From: Takakia lepidozioides
Lineage: Eukaryota > Plantae > Bryophyta
DNA: 64,000 bases
Assembly (NCBI GenBank): GCA_030704615.1
Contig: CM060732.1
Location: 8,432,001-8,496,000 of the forward strand
Reading direction: 5' to 3'
Part shown: piece by piece, positions 61,667 to 64,000 of the stretch
Numbering within the stretch: the stretch's first letter is position 1
Layout of the letters: each line of letters begins with the position of its first letter
The notes under the pieces: generated by a model
Seen by the model: the letters and a program-made list of their open reading frames with translations, nothing else
Databases searched by the model: none
What the model was told of the DNA's origin: nothing
Made by a program: the position numbers and the translations under genes

Positions 61667-64000
61667 TTTAAGCCAATAAATAGGTTTGCACTGCCTTTCA
61701 TTGGGGGTTTCTGGCACGTATCGATTTTGTTTTTGGCTCAATTTTGTTCTGCGGCTTCGAGCATCCCACCGCTACTCCCCCGCCAAAATTTGGACCAATA
61801 AAAAATGCCCCAAAAAAAAAGTATTCTCTTCGCTCACTATTGTAGAACTCTCTATGAAGAGTGTACATGAAGTTGAACACAAATCAAGTTTGGAGTGCAA
61901 AACAGGGAAGAAACTGTGGTTTTGGGTCCAAATGAATTATGTTCGCTCCCAAATTTGGCAGGCACGTTGCATATGGCTACATTACACGCCCCATTCAAAA
62001 ACCGAATGAAAAAAAAATCGTGAGCACGCGAAACACAGTCCAACAGGTCCCAAAGCAATAGCAGATCCAACGGAATACATTCAACCGGTGAACGGATGGT
62101 TGCCCATCCAAATCATTTTTGTTTGCTTCCAAACTTTGCCAGTACGTTCGAGACACCCTCTCACAGATCCCCGACCAAAATTCATTCGATGGCTCGACGG
62201 ATGGTTGGCCATCGAAATGATTTTGGTTCGCTTTGAGACTTGGCCACTATGTTCAATGTGCCATGTAAGAGGCCCCAGAGTAATATGAGATCAATCGAAA
62301 TTCGTTCAATGGGCCAACAGATGGTTGCCCATCCAAATGATTTCCGTTCGCTTTGAAACTTGGCCAGTGTGTTCATTGTACCCTCTGATACGTCCCAGAG
62401 TAATACGAGATCAATCGAAATTCGTTCAATGGGCCAATGAGGTGTTCACTTGTCATATGGTTTTTGTTCAATGCGAAAAAGAAATCCTGCAATGCGTGCA
62501 CGACTATTGCACCCATTGAACGGATGTGGTTGAAGCCCTTCTTTTGCCCCCATGTGCTGGAACATGTGTGCGACACATGTGCGGAGACACATTAGACGAA
62601 TAAATCATTTGCCTCCCCATCGACGCGCTCACCCCTCAAGCCATTCCACGATCTAATTGAATTTAAATTCATCTTAAGCCAATAAATAGGTTTGCACTGC
62701 CTTTCATTGGGGGTTTCTGGCACGTATCGATTTTGTTTTTGGCTCAATTTTGTTCTGCGGCTTCGAGCATTTCACCGCTACTCCCCCCGCCAAAATTTGG
62801 ACCAATCAAAAATGCCCCCAAGAAAAAGTGTTCTTTTTGCTCACTATTGCAGAACTCTCTATGAAGAGTGTACATGAAGTTGAACACAAATCAAGTTTGG
62901 AGTGCAAAACAGGGAAGAAACTGTGGTTTTGGGTCCAAATGAATTATGTTCGCTCCCAAATTTGGCAGGCACGTTGCATATGGCTACATTACACGCCCCA
63001 TTCAAAAACCGAATGAAAAAAAAATCGTGAGCACGCGAAACACAGTCCAACAGGTCCCAAAGCAATAGCAGATCCAACGGAATACATTCAACCGGTGAAC
63101 GGATGGTTGCCCATCCAAATCATTTTTGTTTGCTTCCAAACTTTGCCAGTACGTTCGAGACACCCTCTCACAGGTCCCCGACCAAAATTCATTCGATGGC
63201 TCGACGGATGGTTGGCCATCGAAATGATTTTGGTTCGCTTTGAGACTTGGCCACTATGTTCAATGTGCCATGTAAGAGGCCCCAGAGTAATATGAGATCA
63301 ATCGAAATTCGTTCAATGGGCCAACAGATGGTTGCCCATCCAAATGATTTCCGTTCGCTTTGAAACTTGGCCAGTGTGTTCATTGTACCCTCTGATACGT
63401 CCCAGAGTAATACGAGATCAATCGAAATTCGTTCAATGGGCCAATGAGGTGTTCATTTGTCATATGGTTTTTGTTCAATGCGAAAAAGAAATCCTGCAAT
63501 GCGTGCACGACTATTGCACCCATTGAACGGATGTGGTTGAAGCCATTCTTTTGCCCCCATGTGCTGAAACATGTGTGCGACACATGTGCGGAGACACATT
63601 AGACGAATAAATCATTTGCCTCCCCATCGACGCGCTCACCCCTCAAGCCATTCCACGATCTAATTGAATTTAAATTCATCTTAAGCCAATAAATAGGTTT
63701 GCACTGCCTTTCATTGGGGGTTTCTGGCACGTATCGATTTTGTTTTTGGCTCAATTTTGTTCTGCGGCTTCGAGCATTTCACCGCTACTCCCCCCGCCAA
63801 AATTTGGACCAATCAAAAATGCCCCCAAGAAAAAGTGTTCTTTTTGCTCACTATTGCAGAACTCTCTATGAAGAGTGTACATGAAGTTGAACACAAATCA
63901 AGTTTGGAGTGCAAAACAGGGAAGAAACTGTGGTTTTGGGTCCAAATGAATTATGTTCGCTCCCAAATTTGGCAGGCACGTTGCACATGGCTACATTACA
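61667..64000. repeat. Tandem array, ~1006-1007 bp unit, at least 2.3 near-identical copies, continuing past the window
   Basis: TTAAGCCAATAAATAGGTTTGCAC recurs near 61668, 62674 and 63681; ORF-track offsets are 1006-1007. Confidence 0.95.

Noticed and set aside
61686-63884. Repeated short ORFs in the 1-kb array
   Set aside because: They recur only because of the tandem repeat, and their frames shift between copies.

Overview
Eukaryotic, intron-containing plant nuclear DNA. A non-seed land plant is inferred from the PLS/DYW-PPR remnant and the TE types. Only two convincing host genes sit in a small island: a five-exon organellar tyrosyl-tRNA synthetase (30552-33514, +) that has a 4-bp frameshift in this sequence, and a two-exon DUF538 gene (35150-36720, -). 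The rest is nested, mostly decayed transposons. (1) Two rearranged copies of a Ty3/gypsy family have an integrase ending in a PHD finger; one copy (22.3-27.8 kb) also retains a C5-cytosine DNA methyltransferase upstream of RT. (2) A ~21-kb Mutator-like element (about 38030-59271) pairs a GCM-like/DDE/SWIM transposase with a divergent multi-exon gene for a ParB/Srx-like domain plus a beta-class amino (4mC/6mA) methyltransferase-like domain. It carries about 19 copies of a 26-bp palindrome, seven of them on an exact 42-bp period. This is the best candidate for an undescribed system. (3) A P-superfamily-like DNA transposon (47513-57813; CCCGGGGGGTGCACTC termini, 8-bp TSD ATATCCAT) interrupts that transposase, holds a tRNA-like Pol III unit and a non-L1 LINE, and has a second partial copy at 17.6-19.7 kb. 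(4) There are also L1 LINEs, solo LTRs with TSDs and a ~1007-bp tandem array running off the right end. All family assignments come from motif recognition by eye; no database search was run.
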